From a virus (taxonomy: Duplodnaviria > Heunggongvirae > Uroviricota > Caudoviricetes), in the IMG/VR virus record IMGVR_UViG_2974654489_000001, positions 1 through 44,851 of that record: DNA of 44,851 bases. One strand, 5' to 3'. The notes below the pieces were generated by a model. The model was not told the origin of the DNA and searched no databases. It was given only the letters and a program-made list of their open reading frames with translations. Position numbers and translations under genes: made by a program. Shown here in pieces: positions 27,594 to 35,102 of the stretch. Positions within the stretch are counted from its first letter, which is position 1; every line of letters starts with the position of its first letter.

Positions 27594-28257
27594 AAACTGC
27601 TTTTGCGAAACCCCGCGGGGTAAGGCTGCGGATTGTTTTTGTCCTCACCGATTTACCGCCTAATTTATTGTGTTGGTCAGAGTAACCGCCAACCACGGCG
27701 ACACATGATTTAACGGGCATCACAAAACCGTTACCCGCCCAAATACATGTCTTCTTAGGGTACGCGTCCCGCGGTTTTATGTATTCAGGGAACATTGGGT
27801 GCGTGTCGTCTTCGGGTAAATAGCCGCCGTATTCGTATGGATTGAACGAGTAGTCAGGCTTACGCCATAAAGACGAAAGAACGCTAACAGGGTTCTCAAT
27901 CATATAAGGTACGTTGTACTTTTTAGCCAGACGCGCAGCCACTTTGCATGTAACCACGGCCTCTACCTGAAAAGTTGGGTTCTTCTTCCGCTTCGTTTCG
28001 AAATGAGCCGCGCCGCTAACGGCTAAATCTGTACACGGAGGGAACGCAAAAATAATATCTGGCGCAACCTCGAAGTCAAACTTATTATCAATCCACGCGT
28101 TTATATAGTGGATGTTCTCGTGTTCAACTTTTGCGCCCAATCGCGCATAGTTGCCGTGGTCTGCGCCGTCGTAGTTGAAACAATAGCAAGTATGGCCCGC
28201 TTCCGCCCACGGTTGGGCCATGAGGCCCGAACCGTCGAACAATGACCAGATAATCAT
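27574..28257 (-). CDS. C5-cytosine methyltransferase-like protein (truncated architecture)
   Basis: Motif I LFDGSGL, motif IV FPPC, motif VI-like IENPV; only 227 aa, no obvious target recognition domain. Confidence 0.45.
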   Translation of the reverse strand: MIIWSLFDGSGLMAQPWAEAGHTCYCFNYDGADHGNYARLGAKVEHENIHYINAWIDNKFDFEVAPDIIFAFPPCTDLAVSGAAHFETKRKKNPTFQVEAVVTCKVAARLAKKYNVPYMIENPVSVLSSLWRKPDYSFNPYEYGGYLPEDDTHPMFPEYIKPRDAYPKKTCIWAGNGFVMPVKSCVAVVGGYSDQHNKLGGKSVRTKTIRSLTPRGFAKAVYEANHV

Positions 28258-28445
28258 TTCGCCACCAGAACTAACTCTTTACGCCCAAACGCTGTAACGT
28301 TACCGGTTACGTCTTCAATAACCAGTTTACCGTTCGACTCGACGAACACCGTATCAACGGCAACAGGCTGGCGTGTCTTAACGTTGAAAATCATGTCGCC
28401 TGGTACGATGTCACGTGCTGGTTTGCGGTCGTATTCGTGTTTCAT
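28254..28445 (-). CDS. Hypothetical protein
   Basis: 63 aa, AAGGA RBS, overlapping stop with downstream gene. Confidence 0.5.
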   Translation of the reverse strand: MKHEYDRKPARDIVPGDMIFNVKTRQPVAVDTVFVESNGKLVIEDVTGNVTAFGRKELVLVAK

Positions 28446-28475
28446 TTCTCAATTCCTTATATTGTTGGTGTAGGA

Positions 28476-28763
28476 CTAACTATAATAGTTCGCTATTAGG
28501 TCGTCAACCTGTTTAAACGAACCGACGACAAAAACATTTGCACCTCTTTTACGCATCCGCTCGTGCTCGCGTAACTGGTGGGGGTCGGGCTTCGTGTTTT
28601 CGTCTTTCTTAACCTCAACGAACCAGACGATGCCGCCGGGGAGAATTACCAGCAGGTCAGGAGCGCCGGAACGTCCTTCGTAGGAAAGTTTACGAACGAG
28701 GCCACCAAGGGCCTCGAATCGCTCTTTTGCGTATTTCTGTATTTTGCCCTCAGGCGTACTCAT
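28476..28763 (-). CDS. VRR-NUC domain nuclease
   Basis: GAPDLLVILPGGIVWFVEVKKDE matches the VRR-NUC / PD-(D/E)XK signature. Confidence 0.7.
   Translation of the reverse strand: MSTPEGKIQKYAKERFEALGGLVRKLSYEGRSGAPDLLVILPGGIVWFVEVKKDENTKPDPHQLREHERMRKRGANVFVVGSFKQVDDLIANYYS
28479..28507 (-). promoter_or_regulatory. Leftward sigma70-like promoter TTGACG-17 bp-TATAGT with AATAG-TTCG-CTATT in spacer (28484-28497)
   Basis: Embedded in the 3-prime end of the VRR-NUC gene; same architecture as promoters at 32077-32105 and 34776-34805. Confidence 0.45.
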
Positions 28764-28848
28764 CTACACACCCCTCACGTTTCGTATGCTCAACCCCATA
28801 GCGCGGACAGATTCGACAGTCTTCTTCGTAGAACCAGTAAATTTTCAT
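28750..28848 (-). CDS. Micro-ORF, Cys-rich (32 aa)
   Basis: MKIYWFYEEDCRICPRY...; ATGA overlap with upstream micro-ORF and overlap with VRR-NUC start. Confidence 0.25.
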   Translation of the reverse strand: MKIYWFYEEDCRICPRYGVEHTKREGCVDEYA

Positions 28849-28976
28849 TCCAGCACCCACAGATAAATTGCTACTAACATACCCAATACAGCGACCATCA
28901 TGCCATATTGACCCTCGTGACAGTAGACACCGGCGGCAAATCCCGCCAGTACCGCGATAATCAGTTTACTTGGCAT
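28845..28976 (-). CDS. Micro-ORF, hydrophobic membrane peptide (43 aa)
   Basis: MPSKLIIAVLAGFAAGVYCHEGQYGMMVAVLGMLVAIYLWVLE; start overlaps the DNA polymerase stop region. Confidence 0.3.
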   Translation of the reverse strand: MPSKLIIAVLAGFAAGVYCHEGQYGMMVAVLGMLVAIYLWVLE

Positions 28977-31167
28977 AACGTTTTAACTCCTGACCTTCCG
29001 CTACAAGAGGGAACCCCTCGGCCCATTCTGGTAATTCGCACATTAATTTTTCCAGTTCGGCCACCGTGTACTCGGGGGTATCTGGAGTTTCACATACCAA
29101 TTCATCGTGTACCGAAAGCACGATGGGATACCCGCCGCGGTCAACGTTAATCATCGCATACGCAAGTAAATCACGGCACAGCGCCTGAACAATGTTTTCA
29201 CAGGCTTTGCCGCCGTGTGTGTACAGGGTGGTCCATTGGCGGGTTAACTGATTTTCGCCCTGATACTTGATTCGGACATTCGTGTTTACCCGTCCGTCTT
29301 CGTCTGTTTCCTTTGTCACACTAACGCCGATTCCCGGATACGAGAGGATGCGACCTGACGGCAACTCCATACATAACCACCAACCAGGAACCTTCCTACC
29401 GGATGAATCAAATTCTACAGTACGCCATATGCGGATAGCCCTTTCACCATTCCTGCGCAAGTGTGCCCCCGCCCAAAATTCACGACCAGGATTACGAACA
29501 GCAGCTAAAATTCCGTCTTTAAGGTCGCGCCAGAAAGCTACTGTTTCAGGGTGGGACTCCCGCCACATACGCTTGATAGCGTCGCAGGTACGCCACACTT
29601 TCTTATCAAGAATATACGATGGCCGGTCATCCTTTTCACCCGGATGTGGTGGCCGCTTGGCTTCCTGAATACGCGCCCACTCATACCCACGTGCGGTAGC
29701 GGCCCAGATGTGGTCAGGGAATGTACCGTCCATTGTTTTTGCCATCTCGATAAGGTCAAGACCTAAGTTTTTAGCGAACGTAACGAACGCTCCGACGCCC
29801 CCCTCATAGCCGAGGCCCAGTTCGCATGCCTTACCTATCTGTCTGATTTCCTTGAAGTTTTTCTTAATATCGTCAGGGTCCATGCCGAACATCTTACCCG
29901 CGGTTACACAGTAAATATCCAGTCCAGCGCGGAAAGTATCGAGCGCGGTTTCTTCACCAGCCAGCCACGCAAGCCCCCGGCCTTCAACGTTCGAGTAATC
30001 GGCGACGACAAACTTATGCCCTGCTTCCGGAATGATGCAGCTACGAACCGTCGATGCCGTTAGCTTGGCTACATCAAAACGGCGATGAGCTCGACCCTTA
30101 AGTAACGCTGAAATGCCTTTATCCAGTTCATCATCGTGATAGTAACCGCGCGCCAGGTTCTGCGGCTGAAAGCCTTTACCCGCCCATCGCAGAGTGCGTT
30201 TTGCCCCGCCGTACTGCAAGCAACCACGACGGCGGTCGTCAGACGAGCGGCCCAACAGAAGCGGGTTATATTTCGTTGACGCTGTGGACGCGGCCCCGAG
30301 GCGCATTTCGATAATTGTGCGTGCGTCGTCCGGTAAATCATCGTCAGCCAGCAGGTCGTTAAGCGTCGACTTCTGTGCGTTATGGATGCGGTGCGCGGGG
30401 GCCAGTTCACGCAGAATCGGCAGAAAGTCCTTACCCGTAAGCGAGCCGCCGTATTTGCGTTGGGCTTCTTCCTGTAACTGTGTCTTGTGCTTCTCTACGG
30501 CTTCAATCGCGGCTTCCGCCAGTGCGACGTCAACCTTAAACCCTCGGTCGTTGATTAACTGGTCCAGTTCCAGTACCCGGTCCTCGAACTCGGAGTTACC
30601 CCAACGTGGTAGCTTATGGAAGACTTCACGCATTGCGGTGATGTCGCTGACGGCGTACTTGATGAACAGCGCCCACTCGTCCGGGTGCGTTTCGGCGGTA
30701 TAGCGGCGAATTTTGTAGTTCTTCGGTGTCGGTTTAGAAAAACGCTGAATCAGCGCCTTGCCGCGTTTATCTTTTGCATTGTCCGCAGATACACCCAGCA
30801 CTTCGCACAATGCATCAAGTGAACCCGGCAGCGCGTGGCGAAACGCCCAAATCATCGTATCAATGGTGTTGCTTACCGGGATGTCAAAACCCCAGCAGTG
30901 CTTCATGATTAACCTATCGAACATTGAGCCGTTGTGCCATACCATCTTGATGCGGCTGTTCGGTTTAACCAGACGGCGTAGCGCGCGGTGTAAATCACCT
31001 GGCATGTCGCTGCCGTCGGTGCAATCCCATACCCGCACAGGCTCGTCGTCAAAAGCATATGTGCAGATAAGCACTTCGGTTGACGGGTGTTCGGCGTAAG
31101 CGTAGGAGCCGACTTTCTTTAAATAGGCTTCGGAGAATGTTTCAAAGTCCAGGTATAAGTAGCTCAT
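28966..31167 (-). CDS. Family A DNA polymerase with 3-prime to 5-prime exonuclease domain
   Basis: Exo I motif LDFETFS; polymerase motifs DYSNVEGR (A), KACELGLGYEGG (B), VHDELV (C); ATG 31167 after AAGGA RBS (track ORF starts at TTG 31221). Confidence 0.85.
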   Translation of the reverse strand: MSYLYLDFETFSEAYLKKVGSYAYAEHPSTEVLICTYAFDDEPVRVWDCTDGSDMPGDLHRALRRLVKPNSRIKMVWHNGSMFDRLIMKHCWGFDIPVSNTIDTMIWAFRHALPGSLDALCEVLGVSADNAKDKRGKALIQRFSKPTPKNYKIRRYTAETHPDEWALFIKYAVSDITAMREVFHKLPRWGNSEFEDRVLELDQLINDRGFKVDVALAEAAIEAVEKHKTQLQEEAQRKYGGSLTGKDFLPILRELAPAHRIHNAQKSTLNDLLADDDLPDDARTIIEMRLGAASTASTKYNPLLLGRSSDDRRRGCLQYGGAKRTLRWAGKGFQPQNLARGYYHDDELDKGISALLKGRAHRRFDVAKLTASTVRSCIIPEAGHKFVVADYSNVEGRGLAWLAGEETALDTFRAGLDIYCVTAGKMFGMDPDDIKKNFKEIRQIGKACELGLGYEGGVGAFVTFAKNLGLDLIEMAKTMDGTFPDHIWAATARGYEWARIQEAKRPPHPGEKDDRPSYILDKKVWRTCDAIKRMWRESHPETVAFWRDLKDGILAAVRNPGREFWAGAHLRRNGERAIRIWRTVEFDSSGRKVPGWWLCMELPSGRILSYPGIGVSVTKETDEDGRVNTNVRIKYQGENQLTRQWTTLYTHGGKACENIVQALCRDLLAYAMINVDRGGYPIVLSVHDELVCETPDTPEYTVAELEKLMCELPEWAEGFPLVAEGQELKRYAK

Positions 31168-31319
31168 TTCTTTTTCCTTAAATCCAGTTCCTTCGTTTCG
31201 CTTAATCTTATTTTCATACAATCACGGCAAATCCACACATGCCTGTACCCAGCCCGGTACTCATCTGCATACCACGGAAGCGGTTTCATATAGCGGTAAA
31301 CGTGCTTACAGAAAAACAT
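31164..31319 (-). CDS. Small Cys-containing protein (51 aa)
   Basis: ATG 31319 after AAGGGG RBS; ATGA overlap with polymerase start; CKH...CRDC. Confidence 0.4.
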   Translation of the reverse strand: MFFCKHVYRYMKPLPWYADEYRAGYRHVWICRDCMKIRLSETKELDLRKKK

Positions 31320-31337
31320 TATTTTCGACCCCTTAGT

Positions 31338-31365
31338 AAAAAGGCCCAATAAAGGGCCTAGTTAA
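31338..31365 (-). terminator. Terminator-like hairpin (GGCCC...GGGCC) followed by T run on the minus strand
   Basis: Hairpin directly downstream of gene 31379-32008. Confidence 0.4.
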
Positions 31366-31378
31366 ATTGATTCAGATA

Positions 31379-32008
31379 TTAGCGGCGACGACGTTCGCGG
31401 CGTGGTGCAGCATCTTCTTCGTCGTCTTCCAGGTCGTCAGTGCTCGCTACTACACTGGAGCCGCCGAAGCGTTTACCTTCACCCATATACTTGATGCCGA
31501 GGATGGTAGCGCACAGGTTTTTCCAATCTTTGTGCCACCATAACTCTACAGATACGTTTGCGACACATCCGCTATATACCTGCTCGCCTTCTATTTCCTT
31601 CCCGTCGATGTTGAAATCAGGCTCGGTTTGTTTTTCGCCTTTAGCCGATGTCATAATCACAGGTTGTCGGTTGTTAGTAGCGCGGAAATACAGACCTTCT
31701 TCAAAATCTTCAATCGGATTGTCGCGCATTGCCAGGTCACGGACGCAGCATTTATCAGCATGGTGGTCTTCGCCGTAGTTCGCCTTCATCCATTTCTCAG
31801 CAGCAGCTGCCCCGATCGCCTCTGTTACAACTTCCAACGCGGTATCATAAAGCGCATCAATTTGAGGATGGTCAGGCTGCATAAGAACCGTAACCTGATA
31901 TTTGCCCTTAATCAGTTTACCGGTTTTCTTGTCCTCAGAATCAGCAGCGCGTTCGAATACGTTAACCCATGCAGTGTTTACTTTACGCAGATTCAGTTTA
32001 ATACCCAT
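31379..32008 (-). CDS. Putative ssDNA-binding protein (T7 gp2.5-like) with acidic C-terminal tail
   Basis: Ends ...GGSSVVASTDDLEDDEEDAAP; located in replication module. Confidence 0.45.
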   Translation of the reverse strand: MGIKLNLRKVNTAWVNVFERAADSEDKKTGKLIKGKYQVTVLMQPDHPQIDALYDTALEVVTEAIGAAAAEKWMKANYGEDHHADKCCVRDLAMRDNPIEDFEEGLYFRATNNRQPVIMTSAKGEKQTEPDFNIDGKEIEGEQVYSGCVANVSVELWWHKDWKNLCATILGIKYMGEGKRFGGSSVVASTDDLEDDEEDAAPRRERRRR

Positions 32009-32076
32009 CGTGATTTCTCGCTTTTCAGTTTATATTTCAAAGTTTACTCCGGGAAGCTGCCCGGCCAGTGATTAAA

Positions 32077-32105
32077 ACTATAATAGCTAACTATTCAGGT
32101 GTCAA
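32077..32105 (-). promoter_or_regulatory. Leftward sigma70-like promoter TTGACA-17 bp-TATAGT with AATAG-CTAA-CTATT in spacer (32082-32095)
   Basis: Read directly; upstream of gene 31379-32008. Confidence 0.5.
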
Positions 32106-32109
32106 CACT

Positions 32110-32283
32110 TTATTTAAGTTTCTTCGGAACTACCTTATAAATATAAGGCTGCACCGCCTCATGCTTTGAGTTCTTCTCTTCTGCAATTTTGTCGGCGTCG
32201 GCGCGTTTAGCGTGAACAGAAACAATATCAAGTTCTTGAATAGAATATCGGCGGTGATACCGCGTGAGAATATAAACCATCAT
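32110..32283 (-). CDS. Hypothetical protein
   Basis: 57 aa from ATG 32283 (ATGA overlap with exonuclease stop). Confidence 0.45.
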   Translation of the reverse strand: MMVYILTRYHRRYSIQELDIVSVHAKRADADKIAEEKNSKHEAVQPYIYKVVPKKLK

Positions 32284-33554
32284 TCTAAATCCTCCTCTGT
32301 TACCTGAATCCACTCAGGACGTTTGTCATCTGCCGTTGCGACGCATGGCGCGCCTGGCTTACGGGTCACGAGTTTAGCCAATTCTTCCCACAGTTCTGGG
32401 TCAATTTTACCTATGGTTTTTTCTGCTTCTGTTGGGGTAACTGGCACTAGTTTATCTAATAAGTAGCCGTTTACATGGTTTTCTCTGAATTTATTTACGG
32501 CGTCTTCATCTTTCCACGCACGATTGCCTGGGCGTCCTTCTACCAACTTGTACCCCGGCACTTTCTTACCGGAATGCAACGCGGCAGCCATAGCTTTCTC
32601 GACCTTATCAATGTGCTGTCGCAGCAACGGCAACTTCTCATACTCAGCTACGAGTTGCTCAGGCGTCAGTTCCAGCGCAAAGTCGTCTTCCAGTTCTTCC
32701 GCCAGTACCGAGTTAACGGTTTTTGTACGCGCAGCGCATTGTTCAGCGAACCGACACCACTGACAACCATCTACCGACGGCCTGAAGTCAGATGCTTTCA
32801 GATTCTTCTTGCCACGGAAATAAGCATCAAGCGCTAACAGCGCACGTTTCTGTGCGAACTTAGCGAACAGTTCCAGACCTTCAACCGAGATGTCCCACTC
32901 CGACGCACCTCCAGCATACGGCTGGAAGATAACCAGACGCACAACTGTGATGTTGTAACGTCTCTTGAGTCGGCGATAAACACCGAGAGCGTAAAGCATA
33001 AGCTGCTTGTTTTCTTTTGCTTCAACACGATGTCGCCCTGTTTTCAGGTCACCGATAATTAACATGTGCTCGTCGGTGTTCGCCAGTTCCTGTACGGCAA
33101 CAAGGTCAGCGGTCCCGAACGTCTCAACGCCTTCGTAACCAGGATGCAATACCTCAGTAAGATTGACGCGCATTTCCAGCTTGGCGTAAGTCGCTACATC
33201 GATAATCGCTTTGCAGTAGTCGGTGTACTTGCGAACCTGTTCAATCATGTCAGCCGTAATCAGTACCGCGCCTTTCATCGGGCTGATTAGCGCCTTAATC
33301 TGGCCTCTACCCTCATCCAGAACATAAGCACCAACTTCACGCTCTAACGGCAACGCAGTGCCTTTGATGTACTGGTTAAGGTGCATCTCAGCTATGGTGT
33401 GCATAGCCGTGCCTAATACCGCAGCTTTACCGGATGTGTTAGGAATATCTTTCTCACAGGCCAGTGATGCGGCGCAGCTTAGCCACTTTTTAGCGCCAGA
33501 CGGCGACAGTAAGGCGTGCACATCGTTATTGCCACCGCGTTCTTTTAGAATCAT
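32280..33554 (-). CDS. PD-(D/E)XK exonuclease with C-terminal Cys cluster (Cas4/RecB-like)
   Basis: IIGDLKTG motif and CQWCRFAEQC cluster. Confidence 0.7.
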   Translation of the reverse strand: MILKERGGNNDVHALLSPSGAKKWLSCAASLACEKDIPNTSGKAAVLGTAMHTIAEMHLNQYIKGTALPLEREVGAYVLDEGRGQIKALISPMKGAVLITADMIEQVRKYTDYCKAIIDVATYAKLEMRVNLTEVLHPGYEGVETFGTADLVAVQELANTDEHMLIIGDLKTGRHRVEAKENKQLMLYALGVYRRLKRRYNITVVRLVIFQPYAGGASEWDISVEGLELFAKFAQKRALLALDAYFRGKKNLKASDFRPSVDGCQWCRFAEQCAARTKTVNSVLAEELEDDFALELTPEQLVAEYEKLPLLRQHIDKVEKAMAAALHSGKKVPGYKLVEGRPGNRAWKDEDAVNKFRENHVNGYLLDKLVPVTPTEAEKTIGKIDPELWEELAKLVTRKPGAPCVATADDKRPEWIQVTEEDLE

Positions 33555-33898
33555 CCTAAACTCTCCAAATACAAGTTTAATGCCTGTAGCTGTTCTTCTG
33601 TGGGGATGAAAGAATCATCGCGGTGTAAGTCGCTTAACTGTTGCAGCATTCCTGCGAACTTACGTCTTGCGTCAACAGCGACCATGTGATGCTTTTCACT
33701 TTTGTATATTAATGTTTTCGGGTAATCATCAAGCCTGCCAGACGATTTATTCACGCGGAGCGCGCGGGCTTCATGTGCAATGTGGATGTACTTTTTGCCG
33801 TTCTGTATCACGGTAGCCGTGCCGCTGTTCTTTCTGCGGTCGCCGACGGTGTAAACTTTGTCGCCACTACGCAGATTAAGCCACCATTTATCAGTCAT
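33551..33898 (-). CDS. Hypothetical protein
   Basis: ATG 33898 after GGGAGA RBS (track starts GTG 33913); overlapping stops. Confidence 0.5.
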   Translation of the reverse strand: MTDKWWLNLRSGDKVYTVGDRRKNSGTATVIQNGKKYIHIAHEARALRVNKSSGRLDDYPKTLIYKSEKHHMVAVDARRKFAGMLQQLSDLHRDDSFIPTEEQLQALNLYLESLG

Positions 33899-34167
33899 AC
33901 CCTGTTCTCCCACTGGTCAATTAAGTGTCGTGTTTTGTGGTCGCAATGCATCGCCCACCCATACATCGACTCGAAGACATAAAAGTCAGGTTTTGCGAAA
34001 GTCGTGCGCTTAATCTGTGACACGTGACGACCTATATCTTTAGGCTTCGGTACTTTGCCTAAGTACGCCATCTCTTCCATCTGGTGTGCACCGGACGGCG
34101 CACGCAACAGCCATAGCGCCTCTGTGTTATCCCGCCTGTCCACGGCGCGGTAGAGTTGGTAAACCAT
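33895..34167 (-). CDS. Hypothetical protein
   Basis: 90 aa; GAGGG RBS. Confidence 0.5.
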   Translation of the reverse strand: MVYQLYRAVDRRDNTEALWLLRAPSGAHQMEEMAYLGKVPKPKDIGRHVSQIKRTTFAKPDFYVFESMYGWAMHCDHKTRHLIDQWENRV

Positions 34168-34186
34168 TTATCTGACCCTCAGTTAA

Positions 34187-34202
34187 AGCGGCCCGAAGGC
34201 CG
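34187..34202 (-). other. Stem-loop GCGGCC-NNNN-GGCCGC downstream of the acidic-protein gene (possible attenuator)
   Basis: Perfect 6-bp GC stem; weak T tract. Confidence 0.3.
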
Positions 34203-34210
34203 CCGGATAA

Positions 34211-34744
34211 TTATTCTTCTTCGAAATACTTGTTCTTGATTGCCGTCAGGCGTTCCAGGTATTCAACCAGGTCTTCATCTTTAATCGCGGCAATCTTCAT
34301 CTTCTTACCGGTGAACTCCTCCAGCAGTTCATCGGAATCGTCGCACGCGGCATCGCTGGGGCCTTCGTTAATCGCATCGTCAATAGCCTGAATCTGGTCA
34401 CGCAGAGACTGGTAGTCGACTTCTTCTTCTTCTTCCGGCTCTGGCGTAGGATCCTCTACTTTAGCTTTACGCGGCTTGCGTTTCGGCTTCTCTTCTTCGG
34501 CGGGTTTAGTGTCGACGATGTCTTCACCTTCAACCGGGATTTCTTTCTCTATAGCCTTTCTCACAGCGAGTCCCGCTTGAAATTCGTCCTCCATGATGTC
34601 ATCAAGTTCTTTTGTTGCTTCTTTTGCAACAGTAGGCTCGATTGTTGCGGTTTCAGCAACGACAACTTGTTTCGCGCTGTTCGCAGCAATAAGTTCATGC
34701 GCAACTACGAAACGTTCCAGTAATACTAAGAATTTCTCTAACAT
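34211..34744 (-). CDS. Highly acidic early protein (hypothetical)
   Basis: 177 aa with long Glu/Asp-rich stretches (EPEEEEEVDY, DDSDELLEEF); first gene after a strong leftward promoter. Confidence 0.6.
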   Translation of the reverse strand: MLEKFLVLLERFVVAHELIAANSAKQVVVAETATIEPTVAKEATKELDDIMEDEFQAGLAVRKAIEKEIPVEGEDIVDTKPAEEEKPKRKPRKAKVEDPTPEPEEEEEVDYQSLRDQIQAIDDAINEGPSDAACDDSDELLEEFTGKKMKIAAIKDEDLVEYLERLTAIKNKYFEEE

Positions 34745-34775
34745 TTGTTTCTCTCCTCTCGTTTGGTATGTGCTA

Positions 34776-34805
34776 ACTATAATAGCGAACTATTCATGAT
34801 GTCAA
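34776..34805 (-). promoter_or_regulatory. Early leftward promoter TTGACA-18 bp-TATAGT with AATAG-CGAA-CTATT in spacer (34781-34794)
   Basis: Read directly; divergent from the regulator promoter. Confidence 0.55.
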
Positions 34806-34812
34806 TGGGCTT

Positions 34813-34845
34813 TTCTAAAATAATTAATATGGTACTATTCACATA
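34813..34845 (+). promoter_or_regulatory. Rightward promoter-like cassette with AATAT-GGTA-CTATT imperfect inverted repeat (34826-34839)
   Basis: Shares TACTATTCAC core and conserved leader with cassettes at 38348-38387 and 39821-39860; upstream of HTH regulator. Confidence 0.45.
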
Positions 34846-34869
34846 TCAACTGACTAAGGAGTAATTGAC

Positions 34870-35085
34870 ATGCAACCATCCGAACTAGGCATCCGTGTAG
34901 AACAACGCCGTAAAGAACTCGGCATCTCCCAGCGCCGTCTGGCTGTTCTGGCTGGCGTTTCCCAGGGTGCAATTAACCAGCTGGCACTTGGAGTAACTCA
35001 GGACGTCCGCCCGGCAACGCTGTTTAAACTAGCTGAAGTGCTGCAAGTAGACGCCAAGTGGCTGGCGTTCGGTGAAGGGGCTTAA
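34870..35085 (+). CDS. XRE-family (Cro/CI-type) HTH transcriptional regulator
   Basis: LGISQRRLAVLAGVSQGAINQLALG helix-turn-helix; RBS AAGGAG. Confidence 0.8.
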   Translation: MQPSELGIRVEQRRKELGISQRRLAVLAGVSQGAINQLALGVTQDVRPATLFKLAEVLQVDAKWLAFGEGA

Positions 35086-35100
35086 CGCCCCTTTCTTTTT
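35075..35100. terminator. Bidirectional intrinsic terminator (AAGGGGC-TTAAC-GCCCCTT + T tract)
   Basis: Hairpin spans the regulator stop codon; T run follows; primase gene ends just beyond. Confidence 0.6.
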
Positions 35101-35102
35101 CC

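Noticed and set aside
30194-30703. 169-aa plus-strand ORF
   Set aside because: Antisense within the DNA polymerase gene; Ser/Arg-rich low-complexity translation
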